Shown here piece after piece: positions 1 to 7,023 of a stretch of 26,903 bases of DNA; positions within the stretch are counted from its first letter, which is position 1; the number at the start of each line of letters is the position of its first letter. The stretch lies in the IMG/VR virus record IMGVR_UViG_2917413769_000006, positions 1 to 26,903 of that record. One strand, written 5' to 3'. This stretch comes from a virus (lineage: Duplodnaviria; Heunggongvirae; Uroviricota; Caudoviricetes). The notes beneath the pieces were generated by a model. It had not been told where the DNA came from. It saw only the letters and a list, made by a program, of their open reading frames with translations, and made no database searches. The translations under genes were made by a program, and so were the position numbers.

Positions 1-273
1 ATGAAAAACAGAGAATCCAATGTCAGCAGCCTGCAAGAATTAGCCGATTTTAACGTCAGCTATTCCCTGCTCACAAACGAAGTCTATCTGTCTGCATCAT
101 TCATCGATAACATGGCCTGCATACCACATTGGCCAGTAAAGGAATTCCCAGATCAGTTTATGTGTGATCAGTTTATGTGTATCTCACGAACTCGCGCAAA
201 AGAACTGATAAATGAGTTACAGAAGGCAATCAACTACATGGATGCAGGTATTGATAACTCCCATGGTAGGTGA
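1..273 (+). CDS. hypothetical protein; 3' end interrupted by IS insertion (stop codon supplied by the IS terminus)
   Basis: 90-codon ORF from the first base of the window; its stop TGA (271-273) is the first 3 nt of the IS left end. Contains a perfect in-frame 15-bp tandem duplication (151-165 = 166-180, DQFMC twice). No recognisable family. Confidence 0.4.
   Translation: MKNRESNVSSLQELADFNVSYSLLTNEVYLSASFIDNMACIPHWPVKEFPDQFMCDQFMCISRTRAKELINELQKAINYMDAGIDNSHGR
151..180 (+). repeat. perfect 15-bp tandem duplication gatcagtttatgtgt x2
   Basis: Direct reading: 151-165 and 166-180 are identical; in frame within ORF 1-273; each copy carries a GATC site. Confidence 0.95.
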
Positions 274-334
274 TGTAGCCCCCAGAAACACCGGACAGTA
301 GCTGTATCTCCAGATAAGAGATAGGCTTGAATAT

Positions 335-685
335 ATGTCTAACACTAACGCCAATTTTGAGATGACCGGGATCCTGTTAGGGCAAGAAGTCCGTAAACGT
401 AAAACTCCTCAGGAGAAAATCGCCATTATCCAGCAGACGATGGAGCCGGGTATGAATGTCTCCCATGTCGCCCGCCTGCATGGTATCCAGCCCAGCCTGC
501 TGTTTAAATGGAAGAAGCAATATCAGGAAGGCAGCCTCACCGCCGTTGCGGCCGGAGAGGAAGTCGTTCCTGCTTCTGAGCTTACAGCTGCTCTGAAGCA
601 GGTCCGGGAGCTTCAGCGCCTTCTGGGCAAGAAGACGATGGAAGTTGAGATCCTGAAAGAAGCGGTGGAGTACGGCCAGTCGTGA
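335..685 (+). CDS. IS3-family transposase OrfA (HTH DNA-binding, InsC-like)
   Basis: 116-aa ORF with ATG at 335; strong resemblance to IS2 OrfA; ends TGA 683-685 immediately before the orfB start. Confidence 0.9.
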   Translation: MSNTNANFEMTGILLGQEVRKRKTPQEKIAIIQQTMEPGMNVSHVARLHGIQPSLLFKWKKQYQEGSLTAVAAGEEVVPASELTAALKQVRELQRLLGKKTMEVEILKEAVEYGQS

Positions 686-687
686 AA

Positions 688-1569
688 ATGGATAGCGCAC
701 GCGCCCTTGTTGCCAAAGGACGGGGAATAGCCCTGGTCAGCCGCACCATGGGCGTGTCGCGTGCGCAGCTGTCACTGCGAGTTAACCGTTCTGCCGACTG
801 GCAGGACAGGCGCTGTAACCGGCGTAATGACGAAGCAGACGCTGAAATACTGACGGATATCCTCGATATCATCAGCGATATGCCGAGTTATGGTTATCGA
901 CGCGTGTGGGGCATCCTGCGCAAGCAACGTCGCACTGAGGGAGAGCCACCGGTGAACGCCAAACGGCTTTACAGGATAATGAGCGAGCATAACCTGTTGT
1001 TGTTGCATGACAAACCAGAGCGACCGAAGCGTGAACACAAGGGAAAAATCGCGGTGGCAGAAAGCGATATGCGCTGGTGTTCAGACGGCTTCGAGTTCGG
1101 CTGCGACAACGGTGAAAAACTGCGGGTGACGTTCGCGCTGGACTGCTGCGACAGAGAGGCCATAGACTGGGCAGCGAGCACGGGAGGCTACGACAGTTCG
1201 ACCGTACAGGATGTGATGCTGAGGTCGGTGGAAAAGCGCTTCGGCGACAGGTTGCCGGACACACCAGTGCAGTGGTTGACGGATAACGGTTCAGCGTATA
1301 CTGCGCATGAAACGCGGAGGTTCGCCAGAGAGCTGAATCTTGAGCCCTGTACAACAGCGGTGAGCAGTCCGCAGAGTAATGGCATGGCCGAACGGTTCGT
1401 GAAGACGATGAAAGAAGACTATATCGCGTTCATGCCAAAACCGGATGTGAGAACAGCCCTGCAAAACCTTGCAGCAGCGTTCACGCATTACAATGAAAAC
1501 CACCCGCACAGCGCGCTGGGATATTACTCTCCGAGGGAATACCGGCGGCAGCGGGCATCGTTAACTTAA
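688..1569 (+). CDS. IS3-family transposase OrfB (DDE integrase-like catalytic domain, InsD-like)
   Basis: ORF in the -1 frame relative to orfA; ATG at 688 (MDSARAL...) with GTG at 682; rve-type motifs ([21 protein letters not shown]). The A6G slippery motif that IS2 uses for the OrfAB fusion is not present here (sequence is CAGTCGTGAAAATGG). Confidence 0.9.
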   Translation: MDSARALVAKGRGIALVSRTMGVSRAQLSLRVNRSADWQDRRCNRRNDEADAEILTDILDIISDMPSYGYRRVWGILRKQRRTEGEPPVNAKRLYRIMSEHNLLLLHDKPERPKREHKGKIAVAESDMRWCSDGFEFGCDNGEKLRVTFALDCCDREAIDWAASTGGYDSSTVQDVMLRSVEKRFGDRLPDTPVQWLTDNGSAYTAHETRRFARELNLEPCTTAVSSPQSNGMAERFVKTMKEDYIAFMPKPDVRTALQNLAAAFTHYNENHPHSALGYYSPREYRRQRASLT

Positions 1570-1627
1570 GATACAAAAGCGGTCCGGAGATAGCGGGTCA
1601 AGATCATAACTCCCATGGTAGGTTCAA

Positions 1628-1999
1628 CTAGCTTTCAACGTCACACATAGCGACAGGAAATTTTTTGTACAGCGTAGATATTCCAACATCGTAGATAATT
1701 GAAACCTGCTTTTGCTCCATTCCATTTTTTATCAATCGTCCCATTTGCGCCCATTCTTCACTACTAAACTTTGGGCGCCTTCCACCAATACGCCCTTCAG
1801 CTCGTGCGGCTGCTAAACCAGCCCGGGTGCGTTCGACTATAAGCTCCCTTTCCATTTCTGCCAGTGCACCCATTACATGAAAGAAGAATCTCCCCATCGG
1901 CGTACTCGTATCGATGCTATCCGTCAGGCTCCGGAAGTTAACCCCTTTCTCCTGCAGTTCCTCCACTAACACAACAAGATGTCGCATGCTGCAACCGCA
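1628..1999 (-). pseudogene. DNA invertase (Pin/Gin/Hin-type serine recombinase), 5'-truncated: catalytic N-terminus missing
   Basis: Minus-strand ORF MRHLVVLVEELQEKGVNFRSLTDSIDTSTPMGRFFFHVMGALAEMERELIVERTRAGL... is near-identical to the C-terminal two-thirds of Pin-family invertases as I recall them; resemblance stops about 4 codons upstream of the first Met and an in-frame stop follows, so roughly 65-70 N-terminal residues including the active-site Ser are absent. Confidence 0.85.
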
Positions 2000-2180
2000 T
2001 GAACTTTACCGCGCGCAGGGCTTCCCGGAGTGGTACATCATCGACCAGGACTATCGGGGCAAGAAGTACGCGAAGGACAAACAGGTTGCGCGCTGCGGTA
2101 ACGCTGTTCCTCCGCCTTTTGCTGAGGCATTGGTGAGGGCTAATTTACCTGAACTATGCGTGAGCAGGGAGGCTGCGTAA
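1988..2180 (+). pseudogene. C-terminal fragment of a DNA (cytosine-5)-methyltransferase
   Basis: Translation ...HELYRAQGFPEWYIIDQDYRGKKYAKDKQVARCGNAVPPPFAEALVRANL* matches the conserved C-terminal end of C5-MTases (GFP..., GNAVPPP motif X). Only about 60 codons of MTase-like sequence are present; the upstream part of the ORF is unrelated, so this is a remnant. Confidence 0.7.
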
Positions 2181-2461
2181 TGGCAAAATCAGCAGCAGAG
2201 CGCAAAGCAGCACAGCGCGCCCGCCAGTCTGCCGCTGGTGGGCGGAAACTTGAACTGGTGCTGGATGCGCAGGAACTGGAAATGCTTGCCCGAAACTGCG
2301 CAGATCGTCGACTAGGCCGCGCGCCGTATGAAATGGGGGAATATATAGCGCTTCTCATTCGCCAGGATGATGCGCGTGTAAAGGGGAATATCAAATCAAT
2401 CAGCGCGAATCGCTGCGGTAAAACTGACAATGTGACATGTCACGACACCCTAAAACCTTAG
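2180..2461 (+). CDS. small hypothetical protein, possible ribbon-helix-helix DNA-binding protein
   Basis: ATG at 2180 overlaps the TAA of the MTase fragment (TAATG). 93 aa: basic N-terminus, alternating-hydrophobic strand (RKLELVLD) followed by two predicted helices, consistent with an RHH fold. Inference only. Confidence 0.45.
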   Translation: MAKSAAERKAAQRARQSAAGGRKLELVLDAQELEMLARNCADRRLGRAPYEMGEYIALLIRQDDARVKGNIKSISANRCGKTDNVTCHDTLKP

Positions 2462-2556
2462 AGACGAACCGCCAGATAATGTCGGTTTTTCGTTATTAAA
2501 CAGGTTGGTACAAAATAACCACGCTTGATGTTTTAACGTTTTGTGCCTTTAAAAGT

Positions 2557-2605
2557 TTGCACTTACTGCCACTTGGGAGTATATATGCTGTACGTTTATA
2601 CAGCA
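2557..2605 (+). promoter_or_regulatory. sigma70 promoter (-35 TTGCAC, 17-bp spacer, -10 TATATA) overlapped by a LexA (SOS) box
   Basis: -35 at 2557-2562, -10 at 2580-2585; immediately downstream 2586-2605 TGCTGTACGTTTATACAGCA fits the LexA consensus CTGT-N8-ACAG with AT-rich spacer; RBS GAGGGAGG at 2613-2620 and ATG at 2625. Confidence 0.7.
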
Positions 2606-2624
2606 CACTTGTGAGGGAGGGAAC

Positions 2625-2816
2625 ATGTTCAAAAAGGCGGAGGTCGGGGAACATCTCCCCGATAACGGTCGCGCTCTCATAACCTGCAAGAATGGTAAGG
2701 TGACAGCACTCAGGAACATCTACGATGATGAGCACGTAGCATCGCTTAAGTCTTTGTTAGAGCTGGCAGAACAAGCGGGTTGTGTCGTTGTTCAAAGAGG
2801 AAAAAATAAGATATAA
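2625..2816 (+). CDS. small SOS-regulated protein (63 aa), function unknown; candidate antirepressor or SOS-induced effector
   Basis: ORF with good RBS directly downstream of the LexA-box promoter; no recognisable motif. Confidence 0.55.
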   Translation: MFKKAEVGEHLPDNGRALITCKNGKVTALRNIYDDEHVASLKSLLELAEQAGCVVVQRGKNKI

Positions 2817-2820
2817 TTAT

Positions 2821-2859
2821 GGTACCGGACTGAGCACCCGGCACCTGTATTTCTGAGCA
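2821..2859 (+). terminator. possible weak intrinsic terminator/attenuator hairpin
   Basis: 8-bp stem (ggtaccgg / ccggcacc, one mismatch) followed by a T-rich tract tgtatttct; lies between the 63-aa ORF and the next gene. A perfect 10-bp palindrome agcaattgct (2856-2865) follows. Confidence 0.3.
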
Positions 2860-2883
2860 ATTGCTGCGCTAAAGGGGAAACCA

Positions 2884-3480
2884 ATGGCGCAGTATTCATT
2901 TGTAAAATCAGCAGGCGGAGTATTAATTCCGGCGACACCTGATGCACGGGAATTTATCGAGAAAAAATTCCGTCTTGGTGCTGTTTTATATGCAGACTTT
3001 AAACAGGCACGTAATGCGGCATTTCACCGTAAATTTTTTGCACTCCTGAATCTTGGTTTCGATTACTGGCAACCGTCGGGCGGTGCAATGTCCCCGGCAG
3101 ATAAAAAACTGGTTCGTGGGTATGTGCAGCTGGTGGCCCATTATGCTGGCCATGAAGAAACACTCCAGGAACTGGCCGATCAGTATCTGCGTGAAGAGGC
3201 AGAAAAACGCGCCGGTAATATCAGCGCTGTAAAATCCTTTGAAGCCTTTCGCGCCTGGGTAACTATTGAGGCGGGTTTTTATACTCAATACGAAATGCCA
3301 GACGGTACTACCCGCAACGAACCCAAATCCATATCGTTCGCCAAAATGGACGATCTCGAGTTTTCCCAACTCTATAAATCCGTACTTGATGTGCTATGGA
3401 ATTATATTTTGTTCCGCACATTTCCCACCCAGCAGGCTGCAGAAAACGCCGCCTCACAATTATTCAGTTACGCCGCATGA
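2884..3480 (+). CDS. nin-region phage protein (DUF1367-like by recollection)
   Basis: 198-aa ORF with RBS; sits directly upstream of, and overlaps by ATGA with, a YbcO-like gene, as in lambdoid nin regions. Family name from memory, not verified. Confidence 0.55.
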   Translation: MAQYSFVKSAGGVLIPATPDAREFIEKKFRLGAVLYADFKQARNAAFHRKFFALLNLGFDYWQPSGGAMSPADKKLVRGYVQLVAHYAGHEETLQELADQYLREEAEKRAGNISAVKSFEAFRAWVTIEAGFYTQYEMPDGTTRNEPKSISFAKMDDLEFSQLYKSVLDVLWNYILFRTFPTQQAAENAASQLFSYAA

Positions 3481-3770
3481 AGAAAATCGATCTCACCAAA
3501 CAGGCGCGCGGTCGCATGTGTACTGTGCGCATTCCAGGTATCTGCAATTTTGATCCAGAAACCAGCGTTCTTGCCCATTATCGCATGAGTGACACCTGCG
3601 GGATGGGAATCAAACCACATGACATGCAAGGCGCAATTGCCTGCAACTGTTGTCATGACGTAATCGATGGCCGTGCAAAAACCGATATTGATCAGGACAC
3701 TCTGAGGCTATATCACGCCGAAGGTGTTTTCCGTACCCAACAAATCTGGAGAGAGGAGGCGTTTATATGA
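3477..3770 (+). CDS. YbcO-like protein (DUF1364), putative Zn-binding nuclease of lambdoid nin regions
   Basis: MKKIDLTKQARGRMCTVRIPGICNFDPETSVLAHYR...ACNCCHDVIDGR: Cys cluster and RIPG.CN..PETSVLAH motif resemble DLP12 YbcO as I recall it; ATGA overlap with the upstream gene. Confidence 0.7.
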   Translation: MKKIDLTKQARGRMCTVRIPGICNFDPETSVLAHYRMSDTCGMGIKPHDMQGAIACNCCHDVIDGRAKTDIDQDTLRLYHAEGVFRTQQIWREEAFI

Positions 3771-4345
3771 TTAACCCATCAACGACAGGAAAGGGTGGTG
3801 AAATGCTGCGATTAAACACCCTCGAGTCAGTCTGGATTCAGGGGAAACTTCGTATGTGGGGCCGATGGTCATATATTGGATCCGGCTCAGGTGGTGACAT
3901 GTTTAATAACCTTCTCGCGTCAAAAAAAGTCAGTAAAACTGCTATTCAGCAGGTGTTGAGGCATCTCAAATCATCGGGTCTGGATCACGGTGAACTGATG
4001 TCATATTTTCTGGACATGCTTTCCGGAAAAGAAAAAAGCAACCTTGCATTCTGTACCGATGAAGAAGGCCTGTTAATGGATGCTGTGATCGGTGAAATAT
4101 TAGTTCGGACTGGTCATCAGCGCCTTTTTAAATTGGTAGTTGATCGGTACAAGGATCGTATGAGTAAGAAGGCTATGGCAAGAGAACTGAATACTCGTCA
4201 CCCGGAATGGTGCCTACGTACCTGCGAAAGTCGAATTGATGTCTGGTTGCAGATGGCAGAAGCCATGCTGTACTTACCAATGTGTGATGTATTCGATAAA
4301 AAAGCTGATCGATTCCGGTTGCAAAGTTGCGCGGGGATTGCTTGA
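3767..4345 (+). CDS. late-gene antiterminator Q-like protein
   Basis: Position immediately upstream of terminator hairpins and the lysis cassette; N-terminal LESVWIQGKLRMWGRW resembles the LERWG.W start of Q-family antiterminators (QuuD-like). Alternative start ATG 3803. Confidence 0.65.
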   Translation: MINPSTTGKGGEMLRLNTLESVWIQGKLRMWGRWSYIGSGSGGDMFNNLLASKKVSKTAIQQVLRHLKSSGLDHGELMSYFLDMLSGKEKSNLAFCTDEEGLLMDAVIGEILVRTGHQRLFKLVVDRYKDRMSKKAMARELNTRHPEWCLRTCESRIDVWLQMAEAMLYLPMCDVFDKKADRFRLQSCAGIA

Positions 4346-4395
4346 ATTCAGCTATGCTCGCGAAGCTACACCCGCAGCGATAGATAAAAATTAAT

Positions 4396-4425
4396 AACCC
4401 GCCATCAAGCGGGTTTTGTCGTTTC
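4396..4425 (+). terminator. rho-independent terminator hairpin
   Basis: 7-bp GC-rich stem aacccgc / gcgggtt with 6-nt loop, followed by ttttgtcgtttc. Confidence 0.6.
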
Positions 4426-4646
4426 TGGAGGATGGAAAAATGAAATAGCTAAACGGAAATACCGTATTGGATACTATATTTTGGCAACGTGACGACAGCG
4501 TTAATCTGGTCGGGCTCTCATGGCGACGTAGTGAGGGAGAGAAAGCGTAAAGCATCACTGAGTTACGGTTGACGCCCGGTTTAACGCGTAAGTAGTCTGA
4601 TAAAGAGATAGTGCGCCGCGACCCTCACAGCGGCAACGATTAACGG

Positions 4647-4676
4647 ACCCCGGCATTTGCCGGGGTTTTCTTATTT
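4647..4676 (+). terminator. rho-independent terminator hairpin
   Basis: Stem ccccggc / gccgggg with loop attt, followed by ttttcttattt. Confidence 0.65.
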
Positions 4677-4711
4677 AAGGCCGCTGACAGGTCCGTTTAG
4701 TGCAACGCCTT

Positions 4712-4748
4712 TCCCCGTTTCCGCTCCTGGATATTCGGGGATTTTTTA
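4712..4748 (+). terminator. possible terminator hairpin (long loop)
   Basis: ccccg ... cgggg stem followed by attttttat; loop is 18 nt so less canonical. Confidence 0.35.
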
Positions 4749-4789
4749 TCACTCATGCCCGCTGAAGTGGGTATTCAAATTAGGGGGCT

Positions 4790-5194
4790 ATGGTGGGTGA
4801 ACCTGTATCTGCCGTCACCGCTACGACGTTAACCCTGACCAGCGTTACTTTTGCGAGCCTTTTCGCTGATACTCCTGCGGGGGTTTATGTCGGGGCGTTT
4901 GCAGGTGCGGTTGTTTATGTTCTGTCATCGCAGGAATTGAGCAGGTTTGCGCAGGTCGGTTATTTCGTAGCGTCGTTTCTTATCGGCATACTTGGTGCCG
5001 ATTTTACGACAGCAATCCTGAATGGAATGCTCGGCAAGCATTTTCCTGATGGAGTAACGATCGGTAACTGGCTTGGCGCTACTGTAGCGGCAGCGGTTGG
5101 TGTCTGCATTCTGATTTCGTTGCGGAAAATCGACCCCAAAACAATCCTGAGCCGTCTGATATCCGGGGGGAGTGGGGATGGTAACGTTAAATGA
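4790..5194 (+). CDS. putative holin / lysis membrane protein
   Basis: 134-aa ORF with RBS AGGGGG; several strongly hydrophobic segments; first gene after Q and terminators, directly upstream of endolysin. Confidence 0.45.
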   Translation: MVGEPVSAVTATTLTLTSVTFASLFADTPAGVYVGAFAGAVVYVLSSQELSRFAQVGYFVASFLIGILGADFTTAILNGMLGKHFPDGVTIGNWLGATVAAAVGVCILISLRKIDPKTILSRLISGGSGDGNVK

Positions 5195-5474
5195 ATTTCT
5201 CCTGATCGTTAATGCTCTCGCTTGCGCAGTCAGCGCAACAACCCTCGGTACATTCCAGCGCAAAGGGGCGAAACACAAACGTATTGGCGCGTTTCTGGCG
5301 TTAGTGCTGATCATCGCCTGTGGCTCAGTAACTATCCAAATTCTTACCGGGGAATATACCGTAGCAAATCCATCGGAAACGGTGATCAACGTAATGCTGA
5401 CCATATTTATCGTTTCTGCAAAAGGGAATGTGATGCGGGTTTTTAACCGGAATGTAGTCAGTTCGGATAAATAG
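5178..5474 (+). CDS. putative holin / antiholin (small membrane protein)
   Basis: About 98 aa from ATG 5178 (GTG 5172 also possible), three hydrophobic segments, overlaps the preceding ORF and precedes the endolysin. Confidence 0.45.
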   Translation: MVTLNEFLLIVNALACAVSATTLGTFQRKGAKHKRIGAFLALVLIIACGSVTIQILTGEYTVANPSETVINVMLTIFIVSAKGNVMRVFNRNVVSSDK

Positions 5475-5487
5475 CTAAGGTAATTCA

Positions 5488-6099
5488 ATGAATAAATCAC
5501 AGTTTCAGAAGGCGGCTAATATCAGCGCCGAGTTAGCTGCGCGTTGGTTTCAGCCAATTGATGCGGCGATGGCTGAATTTGGCATAACTTCTGCCGATGA
5601 TCAGGCGATGTTTATCGCTCAGGTGGGGCATGAATCTGGAGGTTTCACACGAATTGTGGAAAACCTGAATTATTCTGCTGATGGCTTAAAAGCAACTTTC
5701 GGAAAGTATTTCCCCGGCGACACCGCTCAACAATACGGCCGCACTGCTGATCATCCGGCGGATCAAAAATCAATTGCAAATATTGTTTACGCCCACCGGA
5801 TGGGGAATATTGCAGAAAGCGATGGCTGGAATTATCGCGGTCGCGGCCTGATTCAGATTACCGGGCACGACAATTACCGGGATTGCGGCGCTGGCCTGGG
5901 TGCCGATTTGCTACTGGTTCCGCAGTTGCTGGAGCAGGACGAATATGCGGCTCGTTCGGCAGCGTGGTTCTTTGCCTCGAAAGGCTGCCTGAAACGCAGT
6001 GGCGATATTACGGCAGTAACAAAAATCATCAATGGTGGCACCAATGGCCTTGATGATCGTAAAGCTCGCTACGAAAAAGCGAAATCGGTACTGGTATGA
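5488..6099 (+). CDS. endolysin, glycoside hydrolase family 19 (chitinase-like lysozyme)
   Basis: 203 aa; motifs FIAQVGHESGGF, NYRGRGLIQITG, KIINGGTNGLDDR typical of GH19-type phage lysozymes; position in lysis cassette. Confidence 0.85.
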   Translation: MNKSQFQKAANISAELAARWFQPIDAAMAEFGITSADDQAMFIAQVGHESGGFTRIVENLNYSADGLKATFGKYFPGDTAQQYGRTADHPADQKSIANIVYAHRMGNIAESDGWNYRGRGLIQITGHDNYRDCGAGLGADLLLVPQLLEQDEYAARSAAWFFASKGCLKRSGDITAVTKIINGGTNGLDDRKARYEKAKSVLV

Positions 6100-6635
6100 G
6101 TGCACTGCTTGCCATAGCCGAGAAATACTGGAAGCCACTGGTGATCACGTTGCTGGTGGCTTTTTCGTTATGGCGTGTATTCAACGCGGGATATGAATCG
6201 GCTGATTCTGCCTGGAAGCAACAATGGCTACAGCGAGATCTGGCTGACTCAACCGCAACCTTACATAGAGAGGTTGCCGAGCGAACCGAAGAACGGCGGC
6301 GTCAGCAGGCGGCAGACGAGGAACGAAAACGTGCAGATGAGGAACTGGCAAAAGTACAGGCTGATGCTGACGCTGCTCAGCGGGCTGGTGATGGGTTGCA
6401 GCAACAACTCGCCACGCTACGCAGGCAACTCGCAGGAAGTGAAACCGGCCGCATTTCCGCAATTGCAGCAGCAGGCGCGGCAAAAGCCGAGACCACAAGA
6501 GTGCTTGCCGAGCTGCTTGGCGAATCTGACAAAAGAGCGGGCATCTATGCAAAAGAGGCTGATGAACGCTATGCAGCAGGATCAAGCTGCGAACGAACCT
6601 ACGACAAAGTGACAGGAACAAATAATGGAAATTAA
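6096..6635 (+). CDS. i-spanin (Rz-like)
   Basis: ATGA overlap with endolysin; N-terminal transmembrane helix (WKPLVITLLVAFSLW) followed by charged coiled-coil-like region; contains an embedded ORF in another frame. Confidence 0.75.
   Translation: MSALLAIAEKYWKPLVITLLVAFSLWRVFNAGYESADSAWKQQWLQRDLADSTATLHREVAERTEERRRQQAADEERKRADEELAKVQADADAAQRAGDGLQQQLATLRRQLAGSETGRISAIAAAGAAKAETTRVLAELLGESDKRAGIYAKEADERYAAGSSCERTYDKVTGTNNGN
6337..6612 (+). CDS. o-spanin (Rz1-like outer-membrane lipoprotein), embedded in the i-spanin gene
   Basis: Alternate-frame ORF wholly inside the Rz-like gene; MRNWQKYRLMLTLLSGLVMGC has signal peptide plus lipobox Cys; Pro/Gln-rich mature part with a further Cys (QECLPSC). 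Confidence 0.65.
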   Translation: MRNWQKYRLMLTLLSGLVMGCSNNSPRYAGNSQEVKPAAFPQLQQQARQKPRPQECLPSCLANLTKERASMQKRLMNAMQQDQAANEPTTK

Positions 6636-7023
6636 GTTGGTCAAATACTGGAAGGTTGAGTTATTCGAACAGCAGAAATCAGGGGTTTCTGTATTGATGG
6701 CTGAATCCAGGAAGCCATTTTTCACCGGATACTCAAAAGAGCGAATTAACCCCGAGAAAATCCACGGTAGCGAGTTTATTTCGCTAGCTCCGACTCCTGA
6801 TTCACTGGCACTTGAATCTGTTCGGTTGTATCGGGTTGATGAAATCAAATGCATCCCGGTTTACGAACAGGAAGTTGACTCTTTTGCAGAAGCCGCAGAG
6901 CCACTGATTAAATGGATGGCAGAAAGCGTTCACCCACACCACTCAGCGATCGTAACTTCGACTGGCGCGGAGCTATTGATGAGCGAAAAGACTCACAATA
7001 CCGAAAAATATCTCAAAGACTGA
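6625..7023 (+). CDS. hypothetical protein (moron between lysis cassette and terminase)
   Basis: 132-aa ORF with RBS (aggaacaaataATG); no recognisable motif; followed by about 210 bp of non-coding DNA. Confidence 0.5.
   Translation: MEIKLVKYWKVELFEQQKSGVSVLMAESRKPFFTGYSKERINPEKIHGSEFISLAPTPDSLALESVRLYRVDEIKCIPVYEQEVDSFAEAAEPLIKWMAESVHPHHSAIVTSTGAELLMSEKTHNTEKYLKD

Larger units (their letters stand above)
271..1606 (+). mobile_element. IS2-like insertion sequence (IS3 family, IS2 group), about 1336 bp
   Basis: orfA and orfB translations closely resemble IS2 InsC/InsD as I recall them ([81 protein letters not shown]). Imperfect terminal inverted repeats: left TGATGTAGCCCCCAGAAACACCGGACAG, right (outside-in) TGATCTTGACCCGCTATCTCCGGACCGC. 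Flanked by 16-bp direct repeat TAACTCCCATGGTAGG (255-270 and 1607-1622). Confidence 0.9.

Noticed and set aside
1914-1987. N-terminal 25 codons of ORF 1914-2180 as part of a functional methyltransferase
   Set aside because: This stretch is antisense to the invertase fragment and shows no MTase similarity; MTase-like sequence begins only near 1990, so the ORF is a remnant, not an intact gene.
4346-4789. tRNA genes between Q and the holin (as in some Stx phages)
   Set aside because: No T-loop GTTCRANYC motif or cloverleaf-compatible segments found by eye; the hairpins present are followed by T-tracts and look like terminators.
4925-5500. 191-aa minus-strand ORF overlapping the holin-like and endolysin genes
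   Set aside because: Entirely antisense to well-supported + strand lysis genes, no RBS context, unremarkable composition; most likely a shadow ORF.
6175-6336. 5' part of the 145-aa alternate-frame ORF inside the i-spanin gene
   Set aside because: Only the portion from ATG 6337 has a signal peptide/lipobox typical of o-spanins; the upstream extension is considered untranslated.
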